Shown: piece by piece, positions 27,987-41,941 of the stretch
Layout: the number at the start of each line of letters is the position of its first letter
How positions within the stretch are numbered: the first letter of the stretch is position 1
Origin: Somniosus microcephalus
Lineage: Eukaryota
DNA length: 64,000 bases
Direction of reading: 5' to 3'
Assembly (NCBI GenBank): GCA_052327205.1
Contig: CM126222.1
Location: forward strand, 54,498,001-54,562,000
Position numbers and translations under genes: made by a program
The notes under the pieces: generated by a model
Databases searched by the model: none
Told to the model about the DNA's origin: nothing
What the model saw: only the letters and a program-made list of their open reading frames with translations

Positions 27987-28275
27987 AGGGGAACTAGGTG
28001 GCAGAGTGTGTTGGAACACTGCCCCTCCATCTATGGGCGCCGGCTGCATCCAAGGCAGCCCAATTTTTCAAAGGGGGCCTCAAACAGGCTTTGGGTCCCT
28101 TTATTTGCATATGCAAAGGGCTGAACGCCTGTTTCAGGCAAGGGCCCTGGACGCCTCTTTTTTTTTTTTTACCTTTAACAAGATGGCGGGTGGCGCACTT
28201 CCGTTGCATCCAACGGATGCTTAGGCCCCCATCTGGCACCTGAAAAACAGGCGTGGCGCCATCGACTTTCTAGCC
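27987..28275. mobile_element. Harbinger-like MITE fragment, related to the 50907 element
   Basis: tttgcatatgcaaa palindrome, aaaacaggcg, terminal actttctagcc. Confidence 0.5.
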
Positions 28276-28735
28276 TGTTGTCCTTTTAGATTGCGGCTTG
28301 TTGCTTCTGGCCTAATAACTATATAAATAAAATACTACAGTGTTGGTAACATAAATACCAATAAAATTGCATAACTACAGTGTTCATGCCTGAAATGTGT
28401 ATTTACTGCCTTAGCTACTAGCCAGTACTTTCTGATAACAACATATGCCAGACTGAAATTAACTGTAGAGCCCCATGACTCCATTGTGCACTTGTTGGCA
28501 ACACAGGGAACCGGCATTGCTTCAGCATTAAGTACAGGTAATCAAAAAACACACACTAAGGACCCAGCAATTCCCCCAACCCACATATTGAACAAAAATA
28601 CCCATTTTTACATTCATATTAAAGTGCCTTCACATTGGTGCTCTGGTTTCAGACAGAACTGTTCTACCAGCCTTCCTGCTCCCCTGTTTGCTTTCCCACC
28701 CGGCACTGTTCTTCATCCAGAAGCAGGGCCGGTGA

Positions 28736-29350
<615 letters not shown>

Positions 29351-29509
29351 TGATAATTAAAGATGAGATTATGAATATTTTATTGCACCATAGGAATGGT
29401 AAAGAACCCTGTAGTTTCAGTATGTGATATCTATAGAGAAAATTCACGTGTGATGTCGGGATGCAATTGACAGTAAGCAGAGACAGCTAGTGACCTACAA
29501 CCTGATATA

Positions 29510-30180
29510 GGTCAGGAATTTGGGGAGCGGGCAGGAATTTGGACATGAGTCTAGGTTCGGATCGGTCATGGCCCTGTGGGTAGCGGAGCGGGCCCAGGGG
29601 CCGTGTAGCCTGATCCTGCTCCTATTTCGTGTGTCTAATTCTGTAGATTCAGGAGATGATTCTGTGATAGTAGATTGGCGGTTAGGATCAGATCAGCCAT
29701 GATCTTATTGAATGGCGGAGCAGGCTCGAGGGGCCGATTGGCCTACTCCTGCTCCTATTTCTTATGTTCTTATATAAGAATTAGGAGTAGGCAGGTACGG
29801 GCGCGGGGGAGGTGGGAGAGTGAGGGAGTGGCATCAAATATGTTGATCTGGTTTGAATTTGGAATACCCCACACTTTCTACCCTACCGTCATATTTCAGT
29901 CATGTAAGGTAATTGGCAAAACAACTAGAGGGCAGATGAGGAGCCATTTTGTTACGCAGCGAGTTATGATCCGGAATGCCCTGCCAGAAAGGGCAGTGGA
30001 AGCAGATTCAATAATAACTTTCAGAAGGGAATTGGATAAATACTTGAAGGGGAAAAATTTGCAGGGCTACAGGGAAAGGGCAGGGGAGTGGGACTAATTG
30101 GGGAGCTCTATCAAAGAGCCGGCACAGACATGATGGGCCGAATGACGGCCTCCTCTGCTGTATCATTCTATGATTCTATG
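29510..30180 (+). mobile_element. Cluster of three CR1 3' ends (about 29510-29635, 29670-29772, 29900-30180)
   Basis: Repeated gagcaggctcgaggggccg..gcctactcctgctcc UTR; last copy encodes FVTQRV..NALPERAVEADSI and ends attctatgattctatg. Confidence 0.8.
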
Positions 30181-30482
30181 CCTAATCCACAGGGTGAAGA
30201 CTAGCAAGAAAAGCTGTCTTTAAAGCACTTGCTGTTCCTCTAACATTACTCAACTGAGGTGGGGGAGTGAAAGAGTGAATGTGGGGGGAAGGGGGTGCGC
30301 ATTACCAAATCCAAGCATTCCTTTGAATTAAATGGGGATTTGAGTTTTACCACCTAGGATTGATAACTGCCTTGATTTGGTATTAAAGGCTTATTCCTAT
30401 CATTTATTTTTGAAGGTTTAGTTTCGTGAGGGTACTTCTGGAATATGATGTCTTAATAAATGTTACTTAACGACTTCTTTAA

Positions 30483-30650
<168 letters not shown>

Positions 30651-31835
30651 TAGTATGTGGAATAAGGGGCAGAAAGAGGCGTATTAGGAGAATAAAATGA
30701 TCTACAGTCACAACAGCCAGTTGGCTAGCGACGGAAATGTGAACGGCGTTAATATAATCAAGGTTTCGGTGGAGACTTTGAAACATGAAAAGGGTTATTA
30801 AAAGATGTCCGCTGCAAAGGCAGCAAACTTACTGGAACCCCCACCCCCGCCCCCCCAAACCAACCAATCAACCAAAATATGATCTTTCATTCCCACCAGT
30901 ATAAGATCATAGCTGGCCAGCTTCCTGCATCTGCCAGAGTCCAGTTCTGTTATGTACACCCTTTATCGAACTAATTAAATTCAATCCATTTTGTCACCAT
31001 GGTGAAAGCGCCATTAAAAGGCCCCAGCTGACAACAGTTCTGGAGATGGTTAAATGAGTACCTATTTACTATCGAATATTTCATGCACCGGTTAACAGAT
31101 TTCTCCCCAGTCAGCTGGGAGCCACTGGGACACTTTAATGTGACACACGCTATTGGTGAGTGAAGTAGTAATGTGAGATTGAAGGTTTCAAGATATCGGC
31201 ACAGAAACAAAGAGGTGTTTCTGGAAATTCTGTCTTGCTCAGTTCCCCCTCAACACACAATATAACCTTGTTACTTTCCTGTGCAGCTTAGTCCATCAGT
31301 TCCCTCCGTAACTTGAGCAAACAGTTCCGATCTAATGTGCCCGTGTTAATGATTATTAGTCAGCTTTGTGGTTTCAAATTTTGCTTTTAATTCTCCAAAA
31401 CCAAAAGTAACTTCCTAAAATAGAATGTCTTCGCCGGGTTTCCTCATCAGTTTTATTGAACCTAAACCTTGAGCTCATCTCCAGCCATGATGTCATTGCT
31501 TCCTGGTGCAGTATTGTGACTGCTTGTTGATTCCCTGTACAGTAATACCGTGTTACTATTTTTCTCCACCGATCTTTTCTTCTGTTTGTATTCTGGCGCA
31601 ATTGCTTTCCTGTGCAGCACTGTGAGCTCATTGTCTTCCTGGACATTATTGTGATGACTTTGATTCCCTTTGGAGTATTATGATATTACTGTTTCTCATT
31701 GTGCATTGTGACATTGCATCCCCCATGGCATTACGTCTTCGATTGTGCATCATTGTGCTGTTAACAGTTACAACGTTCTGGATAGTTCCCAGTTAGATTA
31801 CTGCGTATAAAGCAAAATGTTTTGCTTAAACAATG

Positions 31836-32380
31836 GACTGGATTTTCTGCCCCCACCCCACCCCCTCCCTTCCCCCCAATCATGTGGCGTAGTCAAGGGC
31901 AGAAGGTTGGTCGGGGACATGTCTTGTCAAGTCCTCACCTTGTTGTGTGTCCCCACCACTTCCTGCTCCCCAGGCTCTAGCAGACAATATGCCCGCCCGT
32001 AAGTGCAATTGAGAGAAATAACGTTCTCCAATTTATTTCCCACCGTGCGCGTCACTACCTGCACTGGAGGCAAGGGACGCCTCTTAGCCCCAAGGGTCCC
32101 GTGCACCAAAGGCAGTGGAGGAGGGCCCAAGGATTTGTATTGGTTTCAGGACCTGTGCAGTCATTCTGAGAGTGAAGGCAAAACTCGGTCCCATTTCAGC
32201 GATACTCCTTGGTAGAGGCCAGGGAGCCTGGTTCCATTATTAAAATGGCCCCGAGGCCGGAAGATCAGCTGGGTTAGGGGTGTACCTCTATGGTGAGCAG
32301 TTATCTCCTCCAACCCCACCCCACTTAGGAGATGCACCCCATGACAGAAAGGTGCAAAATCGAGGTCTATTTGTCCAGCC
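31836..32380. mobile_element. Degenerate Harbinger-like MITE
   Basis: GGACTGGATTTT start, aaaatcgagg end; interior resembles the 20287 and 62805 elements. Confidence 0.45.
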
Positions 32381-32425
32381 AAAGTTAAATGTATAGAAAG
32401 AAAGATATTTGATATTTTTACATGT

Positions 32426-34507
32426 CTCCTCTCTCTTAGGCAGTCCCTCGGAACCGAGGATGACTTGCTTCCACATTAAAAATGAGTTCTCAGGTGACTG
32501 ATGAGTCCAATGCGGGACCTACAGTCTCTGTCACAGGTGGGGCAGACGGTGGTTGAAGGGGCAGGTGGGTGGGGTGCTTGGGTTGACGTGCGCTGCTTGC
32601 ACTTGGCTTTCGCTTGCTCCCGGCGAAGAGACTCGAGGTGTTCAACGCCTTCCCGGATGCTTCTCCTCCACTTTGTGCGGTCTTGGGCCAGGGATTCCCA
32701 GGTGTCAGTGGGGATGTTGTACTTTTTCAAGGAGGCTTTGAGAGTGTCCTTGAAGCGTTTCCTCTGCCCACCTGGGGCTCTCTTGCCCTGCCGGAGCTCC
32801 GAGTAGAGCGCTAGTTTTGGGAGTCACGTATCAGGCATGCGGACGATGTGACCCATCCATCGGAGCTGATCGAGCGTGGTCAAAGCTTCGATGCTGGGGA
32901 TGTTGGCCTGAGCAAGAACACTGACGTTGGTGCACCTATCCTGCCAATGGATTTGCAGGATCTTGCGGAGGCAGCATTGGTGGTACCTCTCCAGTGCTTT
33001 GAGGTGCCTGCTGTACATGGTCCATGTCTCTGAGGCATACAGCGGGGCGGTTATCACTGCTGCTCTGCAGACCATAAGCTTAGTGCCGGGTTTGAGGTCC
33101 TGGTCTTCAAACACTCTCTTCCTCAGGCAACCAAAGGCTGCACTGGCACACTGAAGGCGGTGTTGGACTTTGTCATCGACGTCTGCTCTTGTTGACAGTA
33201 GGCTCCTGAGGTATGGAACGTGGTCTACATTGTCCAAGGCCTTGTCATGGATTTTGATAATCTGGGAGCAGTACTGTGTGGCGGGGGCAAGTTGGTAGCG
33301 GACCTTTGTTTTACGGATGTTTAGTGTAAAGCCCATGCTTACGTACGCTTCGGTGAAGGTGTTGACGATGGTTTGGAGTTCGACCTCCGAGTGAGCGCAG
33401 ACGCAAGCGTCATCTGCATACTGTAATTCGATGACTGAGGATGGGACGACCTTGGATCTGGACTGGAGGAGACGGAGGTTGAACAGTTTCCTGTTTGTTC
33501 TGTAAATTAGCTCCACTCCAGCAGGGAGCTTACTGAGGGTGAGATGGAGCATTGCAGCAAGGAAGATCGAGAAAAGCATTGGTGCAATGACACAGCCTTG
33601 CTTGACCCCGGTCTGTACGTGAATTGGGTCTGTGGTGGAACCGTTGGTCAGGATCACGGCTTGCATGTCGTCGTGAAGCAGGCGGAGGATGGTGACAAAC
33701 TTTTGCGGGCAGCCAAACTTGAGGAGGACACTCCATAATCCCTCACGGTTGACAGTGTCGAAGGCCTTTGTGAGATCAAAGAGGGCCTTGTACAGCGGTT
33801 GGTGATGTTCCCTCCATTTCTCTTGTAATTGACGCGCGGTGAAGATCATGTCCATTGTGCCCGAGTGGGCGGAATCTGCATTGCGACTTTGGGAGGAACT
33901 CTTCGGCCACTGGGAGAAGGCGATTGAGGAAGATTCTTGTGATGACTTTCCCTGTGGCAGACAGCAGGGAAACTCCTCATCATCCTTCTTGAAGATGGTC
34001 ACAATTACGGCGTCTCTACAGACGCCTGAAGGCTGAGGTCCAACAAAAAAACTCACGACCTAAAGAACAGATGGTGGGTGGAGAAAGCGCAGGAGATCCA
34101 GCAGCTTGCCAACAACCACAACGTGTGTGGATTCTTTAGCGTAGTCAAAACCATCTACGGCCCAAGCACCCAAGGTCCTACCCTCTGCGGGCCAAGAATG
34201 GAGAGGTACTCATCAAGGACAGAGAGGCAGTCTGTGCCCACTGGAAGGAGCACTTCGAAGATCTCCTTAACCGAGACTCTGTCTTCGACGCGAGTGTCCG
34301 CAACTCCATCCCGCAGCATGCTACCCGCCACCATCTCAGCACAACCCCAGCCCGGCATGAGGTTGAAAAGGCCATCCGACAACTGAAGAACATCAAGGCC
34401 TCGGGAGCAGATGGAATCCCTGCCAAGGCACTAAAGCATGGCGGAGAAGCACTACTGGCGCGAACTCATTTCTCTTATCTGGAAGGAGGAGAGCATGCCA
34501 GGGGATC
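32426..34507 (-). mobile_element. RTE LINE, 5'-truncated with 5' inversion
   Basis: RT motifs FDLTKAFD, GVKQG, YADD; C-terminal CPTC..HLRTH zinc finger; (GA)n tail; TSD TTTTACATGT at 32416-32425 and 34508-34517; about 34020-34507 inverted. Confidence 0.93.
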
Positions 34508-34777
34508 TTTTACATGTACAAGATAAATCACATACTGCTCATGTCATATATGCCGTCCTTCCATGTTTTGGGAAACCGGTCTGCAGGCCAGCTTTTGCTG
34601 ACCAATATCAATGCAACCCAGGCCCCTCAGCACCACTCTTCCCCAATTTTGGCTACTAATGGAAGATTTTCTAGCCACTACACACTGTACATGGGAATTC
34701 TTACAGGAATTTTCACCTGCAGTATGCAACATCCAGCAAATCTTCCATTATTAGGAGGACTCTGGCAGGAGTGCTGC

Positions 34778-35205
34778 TGAGAGGAGTGGAAAGGGAAGAA
34801 ACGGATGGCAATGAGTGGGGAGAAGGAAGGGGAAAAGGATGGGAAGTGGGAAGGGGAAACGGATGGCAGAGAAAGGGTGAAAGAAGGCAATGAAAAAAGA
34901 GGTTAAAGGGGATGAAGGAGAGAGGGAAGAGGGAATGGGTAATAATGAAATAGTGGGGAAATGGATGACAATGAAAGAGAGGGAAGGAGGGTGATGGTAA
35001 TGAAGGGAACAGGTGGGAATAGATGATGATGAAAGGAGAAGGATGGGGGGAATGGGGAGGAGGAAGGGACCATAAGTGGGGAATGGTGCTTTTGAGGAAG
35101 AGAGGAGAAGCTGGGAGCATTGCTTTGGGATGGTGGAGGAAGGAGCATGTTTGCATTAACTGAGCGGGAGAATACCAGCATGAACTGCGGGGGAGGGGAA
35201 AGAGA
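34778..35205. repeat. GA-rich polypurine low-complexity tract
   Basis: Strong purine bias, e.g. ggaaggggaaaaggatggg. Confidence 0.8.
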
Positions 35206-37118
35206 GCTTGCATGAACTTTTGATTTGCGTATTGAGTTGTTCTTGAGTTATCAGCCTTTTGGGGGCTTTATCAGCAATTTTGAAGTTGTTGGTCAGATTT
35301 TGCAATGTTACGTTGACAGCACGACACATCGACTTCTTTTTGCAACTTTTACTGTGCTTAATCAACGTGGAATCAAAGATTTACAACCACATCTGCAGTT
35401 CATGCAATCGCCAGTTTGCAGCTGAGCCCAATTGTGCTTTGAAAGTTACGCATCACCTGGCACATAGGGTCACTTTGAACATGCTTAAACTTTTCAAGCA
35501 CCAAAAACTGTTAGTTGCACTTTAACCCGACGAAATAAATCCTAACAAAAGGAGTGTGGGCGAGGACCCAGGGAAAAAATACAGCATAAGACAAAGGATC
35601 AGGTCTGGCAAGAAAGCAGGTATTGAAGTAAAATAATAGGAGATTCAGCGATTACGTCTGAATAATGTTCTCCGCTTCCTAAGTAACTGATTCCACGTGA
35701 GTTGTGGAGTTGACTTTTCCAGCTCCAATACACTGCATACATGCCTATAACTGCTGGAAGGGCCTCTTCTTACATCAGCTTAATGGTGACCTAAGGCAGG
35801 ACCTTGTAAATGACTATGCTGCAGACTAAACATATGGTAACTGTATAAATGTAGCAATTGATTCACAAACTTTGACATTCTGCCATTTTTTGGTGCACGA
35901 GGGGGAAAAGGCTGCGGCCTAGTGCTCTGCAGCTGCTTTGATTGCAGACAACTACTGCTCACTTTTAACAAAAATGTTATATTTTACCAGTAAAGTCAGT
36001 TTACTGTTACTGTATGGCCTTGCTACTTGTGCATATTGTATTAATTAGCTCTAAATTAACAGGCGAATAAGTCTGACAATTTTACAAACCAGCGCAGGCC
36101 TTTGTTTATTGCTTGATTACTAATACCCCTCGTTCATCAGCAGTGACTTTCGCTTGATAGTTAAGCAGTTCTCTGAATGTAACACTCAACCAGCTTAGTA
36201 ACGATCAGTGATCCAAGCTGGGGAAGCTTTCCCCTGCAGCACAGCAGCTCCACTACTGAGTTCCGTCCGCCACAGGGGAAAAAGGGCAAGGTACTTGGAA
36301 AAATCAGATTGGTGCGCTAAAGGGAAATTTAAAAAAAAGAGGCCCGGCACTTGCAAAAAAAAGGCATGTGCTACATCACTGAGAAAATTACATGGAATTT
36401 GGTAAAAGGGTACGGCATTTGGAAAGATGCCAGAGCACTTTGTAAAAATGGTAAGTCATTGCACCCTGCTGTGACACATTAGCAAAATCACTATAATTTG
36501 TTTGAGTGCTGAAAGGACTCTGCTAAATAATGTGGAAGGTGGAGATGCAACTTGATGCAGTGAAAAACGTTCTTTTGTGTTTGGGGCGGAGGTTGTATTG
36601 TTTGGTTAATACAATGGAGGCTTAGTTTTCTTAGATACTTAATATTATTTCCACATACACATTTAGCAGATTTGTCATTCATTTCATTTGGGCTTCTCCG
36701 AGGCCTGCAGTAGCATTTGCTCCAAAATAAAGAAGATCACACATTTTAGATCATTCATAAAACACAGAATATGAAGAAGCTATTGCTCTGGGGAGGAAGG
36801 GGCTATATGCAACAGGAATAAATTAACTGGGCCTGTGGTGCTTTTACTACAAGAGCATAACTGACTGAACCCACGCAAGACTCTCTCTTTCAATATCCGT
36901 AGTGTAAACAGTCCCAGGTTCCAGGAATCAGTGGCATCATAGAATATGGGTCAGTGATTCTGCTATCAGGTTAATGCTACCTCTTGGGAGTAAAGTAAGT
37001 GATGGAAGCCAGTTCGATGTGTTTGCTGCCTGGGTCTCTGTATTGCATATTAACGGCCTGGATTTTGCCAATGGGGAGCTTTTGGAGGCGGGACTCCCAC
37101 TTTTCGGGTTTTAGTCCC

Positions 37119-37352
37119 TGTTAAGTCTGTGTGTTCTAGTTGTAATTACTAACACAGACTACAAGATTAAAGTTCAACAGGTCTTTACTGGTTGGAGGTC
37201 AGGACTATACTAAATACAATATTACTACACAGTGCTTATATACCGGTGGTCACCACCGGTATTACGTATACAGCAGCCAGAGAAAGTAGTACATCTCTTA
37301 AGGTGGAACAGGCTTAAGTTCTCTTAAGGTGGAACAGGTTACATACACCACA
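37119..37352 (-). repeat. 3' LTR
   Basis: Preceded by the PPT on the minus strand. Confidence 0.96.
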
Positions 37353-37430
37353 ATCCTCCCTTTTTAGCTTAACAGTCATATCCCCATTTAACATAACATA
37401 ATAACATATATAACTTCAGGTATAAACAGT

Positions 37431-40400
37431 TCAAAGGTTCAGTCTCTCAGGAGGCCTTCTGATTCGGTTTGGATAACGCCTTTCAGTGGTCTCTGATTCC
37501 TGTTGCTGAGGTGACTCCTCTAGTTGGTCTCCCATGCATTGGGTGTTATCATCATCAGGTACATTCCCTGCCGAGGTAGATGCTTCAGGTTCATTAACGT
37601 CTTCCACAGTTGTCTCTGTCGCAACCATGGGTTCGACCCTTGCTCTCGATTCTACCAGTTGATCCGCATGACGCCTTATCACATTGTTACCAATATCTAC
37701 TGTGTACATCAGAGGTCCTTGTCTGGCCCGAATTGTTCCGGACTGCCATTTTACGTTTCCATAGCCCCATGCCAACACTGGTTGTCCTACGTCGAAACTT
37801 CGAGTGGTCTTGTTATTAATATGCCGGAACTGTTTGTTTTCCACTTCCCTCCGCACATTTGGTTTTAACAAGTCCAACCTGGACCGCAACCTCCTGTTAT
37901 AAAACATCATGGCAGGACTTTGGTTAGTCACTGCATGAGCGGCGTTTCGATATGCCATTAGGAAATTGTCCTTGTGCTGTAGCAGAATCTGATCATCGTT
38001 CATGGCCTTTATTGCCTTTTTGAATGTTTGGACAAATCTCTCGGCCAACCCGTTTGTCGCCGGATGATATGGGGCAGAGGTATAATGTTTCACCCCATTC
38101 TTCTTTAAGAATTTTTGGAATTCTTCCGACACGAACTGTGGTCCGTTGTCCGAACAGATCTGTTCTGGCAATCCGTTCCTTGCGAATATTGTTCTTAACA
38201 CCGCAATTGTCTTTTCTGAAGTAGTGGTATTCATCTTGATCACTTCTGGCCATTTGGAATGTGCGTCCACCGCAATTAGGAACATGGAGTCCATGAATGG
38301 ACCAGCAAAGTCAATATGTACGCGTTGCCATGGGGCTGAAGGCCATTCCCATGGGTGTAGTGGTGCGATCGGAGGTGCATTTTGCACTTTTTGGCACCCA
38401 GCGCAGCTTTTCGTCAACTCCTCTATCTGTTGGTCAATACCCGGCCACCATACATAAGCCCTAGCAAGACTTTTCATCTTAACTCCCCCCAGATGACCTT
38501 CATGCAGTTCTTTTAGAACTCTTTCCCTTAACTTGGGAGGAATAATCACTCTTGTCCCGTACATCAAAGTACCATGGCAGACGGACAGCTGGTCTCGCCT
38601 TGCCGAGAATGCCGGTAACAGAGGATCACCACGTGTTGGCCATCCTTTCACTGTCACCTCGTAGACTCTGGACAGTGTCGGGTCGTTCCTGGTTTCTCTT
38701 TCAATACTTGCATTGGTGACTGGTAAACACTCGATGATGGTCGAATGAAATAACTCAACAGGGTCAACTTTCGTCGTTTCTTCTTCTTCAGGTAGTGGCA
38801 GGCGCGACAGCCCATCAGCTGCTTCATATCTTTGAATTCTATTTGATATTGATGTGCCCCTAGGAAAAGGGACCATCTCTGGAGACGCTGTGCTGTCATC
38901 ACTGAAACACCCTTCTTAGGGTTAAAAATGGATACCAACGGCTGATGGTCTGTCAGAAGTGTGAATTTTTGGCCCTGCAGGTAATGATTAAACTTCTTCA
39001 CTCCCCATACAAGGCTGAGAGCCTCCCTATCGATCTGCGCATAGTTGCGCTCAGCGGAGGTCAATGATCTGGATGCAAACGCGACTGGCCTTTCCGTGCC
39101 ATTTGGCAACTTGTGTGAGAGTACTGCCCCAATACCATATGGAGAAGCATCACAAGCCAACCGAATAGGCAGTGTCGGGTTGAAGTGAGCCAACACTTCC
39201 TCTGAGGTGATCAATTCTTTGCTTTTGCGAAATGCCTTCTTACAGTTTTCGCTCCATTCCCATGGTACCCCCTTCTGTAAAAGAGCGTTTAGCGGGTGCA
39301 GTACCGTGGATAGATTTGGTAGAAATTTATGGTAATAGTTAATCAATCCTAGAAACGACCTCAACTGAGAGACATTATCCGGAGCGGGAGCCTTTACAAC
39401 TGCCTCTATCTTGTCAGGAGACTTATGAAGCCCCTCCCGGTCAATGACATGACCACAGTACGAGATCCGCTTCTGGAAGAACTCACATTTCTGCCGATTA
39501 ACTCTAAGTCCATACTCTTTCAGTCTGTTGAGCACCAGTTCCAAGTTTGCGAGGTGTTCTTCATCACCATCACCTGTAATCAGAATATCGTCCAGGTAAC
39601 ATTGTGTGCCTGGAATTCCCTGTAATACCTGCTCCATGGCCCTCTGCCAAATTGCTGGAGCCGATGCCACTCCAAAAACCAGCCTATTGTACCGGTACAA
39701 ACCTCGATGCGTGTTGATCGTGAGGTATTGGCGTGACTCTTCTTCAACCTCCATCTGCAAGTACGCTTGCGCCAGGTCTATCTTGGTGAAGTGTTTCCCG
39801 CCAGACAACGAAGCAAAAATATCCTCAATCCGCGGAAGCGGATACTGCACCGTGTGAAGCACCGGATTAACGGTGATTTTGAAATCTCCACAGATGCGAA
39901 CCTTCCCTGGCTCTCCTGGCTTGTTGCTCGAAGGACGTTTCATAACGGGAACAATGGGCGTAGCCCACTCACTCCAACAGTACACCTGAACGTTCTAGCG
40001 CTTCCAGTTCCGCTTCTGCCGTAGGTCGTATTGCATAGGGTACCGGTCTGGCTTTAAAAAATTTTGGGTGTGCATGTTCATCAATCTTGATGTTTGCCGT
40101 AATTCCTCTGTGTTCCCAGTCCCTGCTGGAACACCTCTTTAGCATCATCCGATATTTTGGACAATCGTTTAGGTTTGACATCTGTTTCCCCGGAATCTAC
40201 CGTTAGTGCCTTCAAGGAGTGCCAGTCCATATTCATTTTCCTAATCCACTCCCGTCCCAGTAGTGGTGGACCTCCTTCAGGTAGCACATATAAGTCCATT
40301 ACTTGGCTTTCTTCGCCCTTGTGGACCACTTTTACCTCTATCTTTCCGATGGGGTACACTCTTTGCCCCGTGTATGTTTTCAATATAATCTCCGTATCCC

Positions 40401-41361
40401 GTAGGGGAATATGTTGGAATAACCTTTTGTAATCTTTCTTATTCATGACCGTCAATGCCGATCCAGTGTCCAATTCCATCTTTACTTGGACTCCTGCTAT
40501 CTGAAGGGTGACCCAAATTGTCTGGAGATCTGCATCCTTACCAACGTTGTATACTCTTAAGCTACCCAGTTCATTACTGCTAGCGTCTGAATCTGACTTC
40601 TGTTCGGTCGAACTGTTCTTTGTCACCTTGTGTACCTTTATGTATTTTCCTTGCGGTGACTTTTTGTTGCTGGTCTTCTTTCCTGACCGGCATACTTTAG
40701 CTATGTGGCCAAGCCTGCCACACGTTCTGCATTCTTGGTTTTTAAACCAACACTGGTTCTGATCGTGCGTTGTCTTTCCACAACGATAACATTTTACAGT
40801 ACTCAAACCCAATTTATTTGTACTGAGTTCCGGTGACCGTAGCTGCATTACTGCCGTGCCTCTCGCTGCGGCTTCGTGTGCTGCTGCCATAGTGACCGCT
40901 TTCTCAAGCGTCAGCTCATTCTCCTCGAGCAGTCGCTTTTGTGTATCTTCTTTTAATAAACCACACACAAATTTATCTCGTAGCGCCTCTGTCAGTCTCC
41001 TTCCAAACTGACAGTACTTTGCTAGCTTACGCAATTCCATTAAATATTCAGCATTGCTTTCATCCTTCAGCTGCCTTCTGCTGTAAAATTTAAATCGTTC
41101 CGCTAGCATCAGCGGCGTGGGGTTTAGATGATTTTTCAGGACAGTAACAATCTCCTCGAACGTCTTATCCGCCGGTTCATCTGGTGATAAAAGGTGTTTC
41201 AATTGCCCGTATGTCTTTGCACCCATTAAGTTTAATAATGTTAGTGCTTTCTCTTCATCTGGGATTTTATTTGCTTTACAATAATTTTGTATGCGTTCTA
41301 CATACATGGCCCAATCTTCGATGTCGCTATCAAAGATATTAATGTTCCCATGTTTAGGCAT
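37431..41361 (-). pseudogene. Frameshifted gag-pol polyprotein
   Basis: Two CCHC knuckles; protease LDTGSA; RT YLDD; RNase H CDASPYGIGAVL; integrase HHCC plus IDFAG/SDNG/LAER; frameshifts near 40110, 39980 and 38820. Confidence 0.92.
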
Positions 41362-41941
41362 CGTTGCAATTTAATTTATTTTTATTCTTATCCAAGATGG
41401 CGGCTTCCCGCTCTTGTCTTCGTCCTCCGCCTACAAAATGGCGGTTTTCCCGCGCTTGGCGGTCTTCACCCGTCCCCCGACGCTGTCTCCGCTTCACCGC
41501 GGCTCTCGCGCCTTCAGTTGCCTCAGACGCTGCGCCTTTTTAGTCCGAATGCGGCCCGGCCCTTATCACCAGCCGCGATCGATGTCCCCGCGCTGCGCCT
41601 TTCGGCCCGAATGCAGCCCGGCCCTTATCTCCGGTCGCGATCGATCTCACCGCCCTTATTCCTCCGTCTTCCCTCCCCGTCTGTACAGCCAACGCGGCCG
41701 ACTTTCTGGTCGCGTCGCTGCCCGGCTTACCCACCACCGAGGTAGAAAGAAGATAGCTGACAGCTGCTGATGGAGGCTTCGAGTTCAGGATGTCTTCTGC
41801 ACTCTGGTTTCTCGATGTCTGCCGCGCGACGTGTCTTCCAGCAGGGTGATGAGGGTGGAAGCCTCTCTTCGACGTCCGTTCTGTGGACGAAGCCGCCGTG
41901 GATATAAACTGCCGCAGGGTAAGAATCGGACTCGTCGCCAC

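Noticed and set aside
34713-35213. 166-aa minus-strand ORF
   Set aside because: Low-complexity translation of the GA-rich tract.
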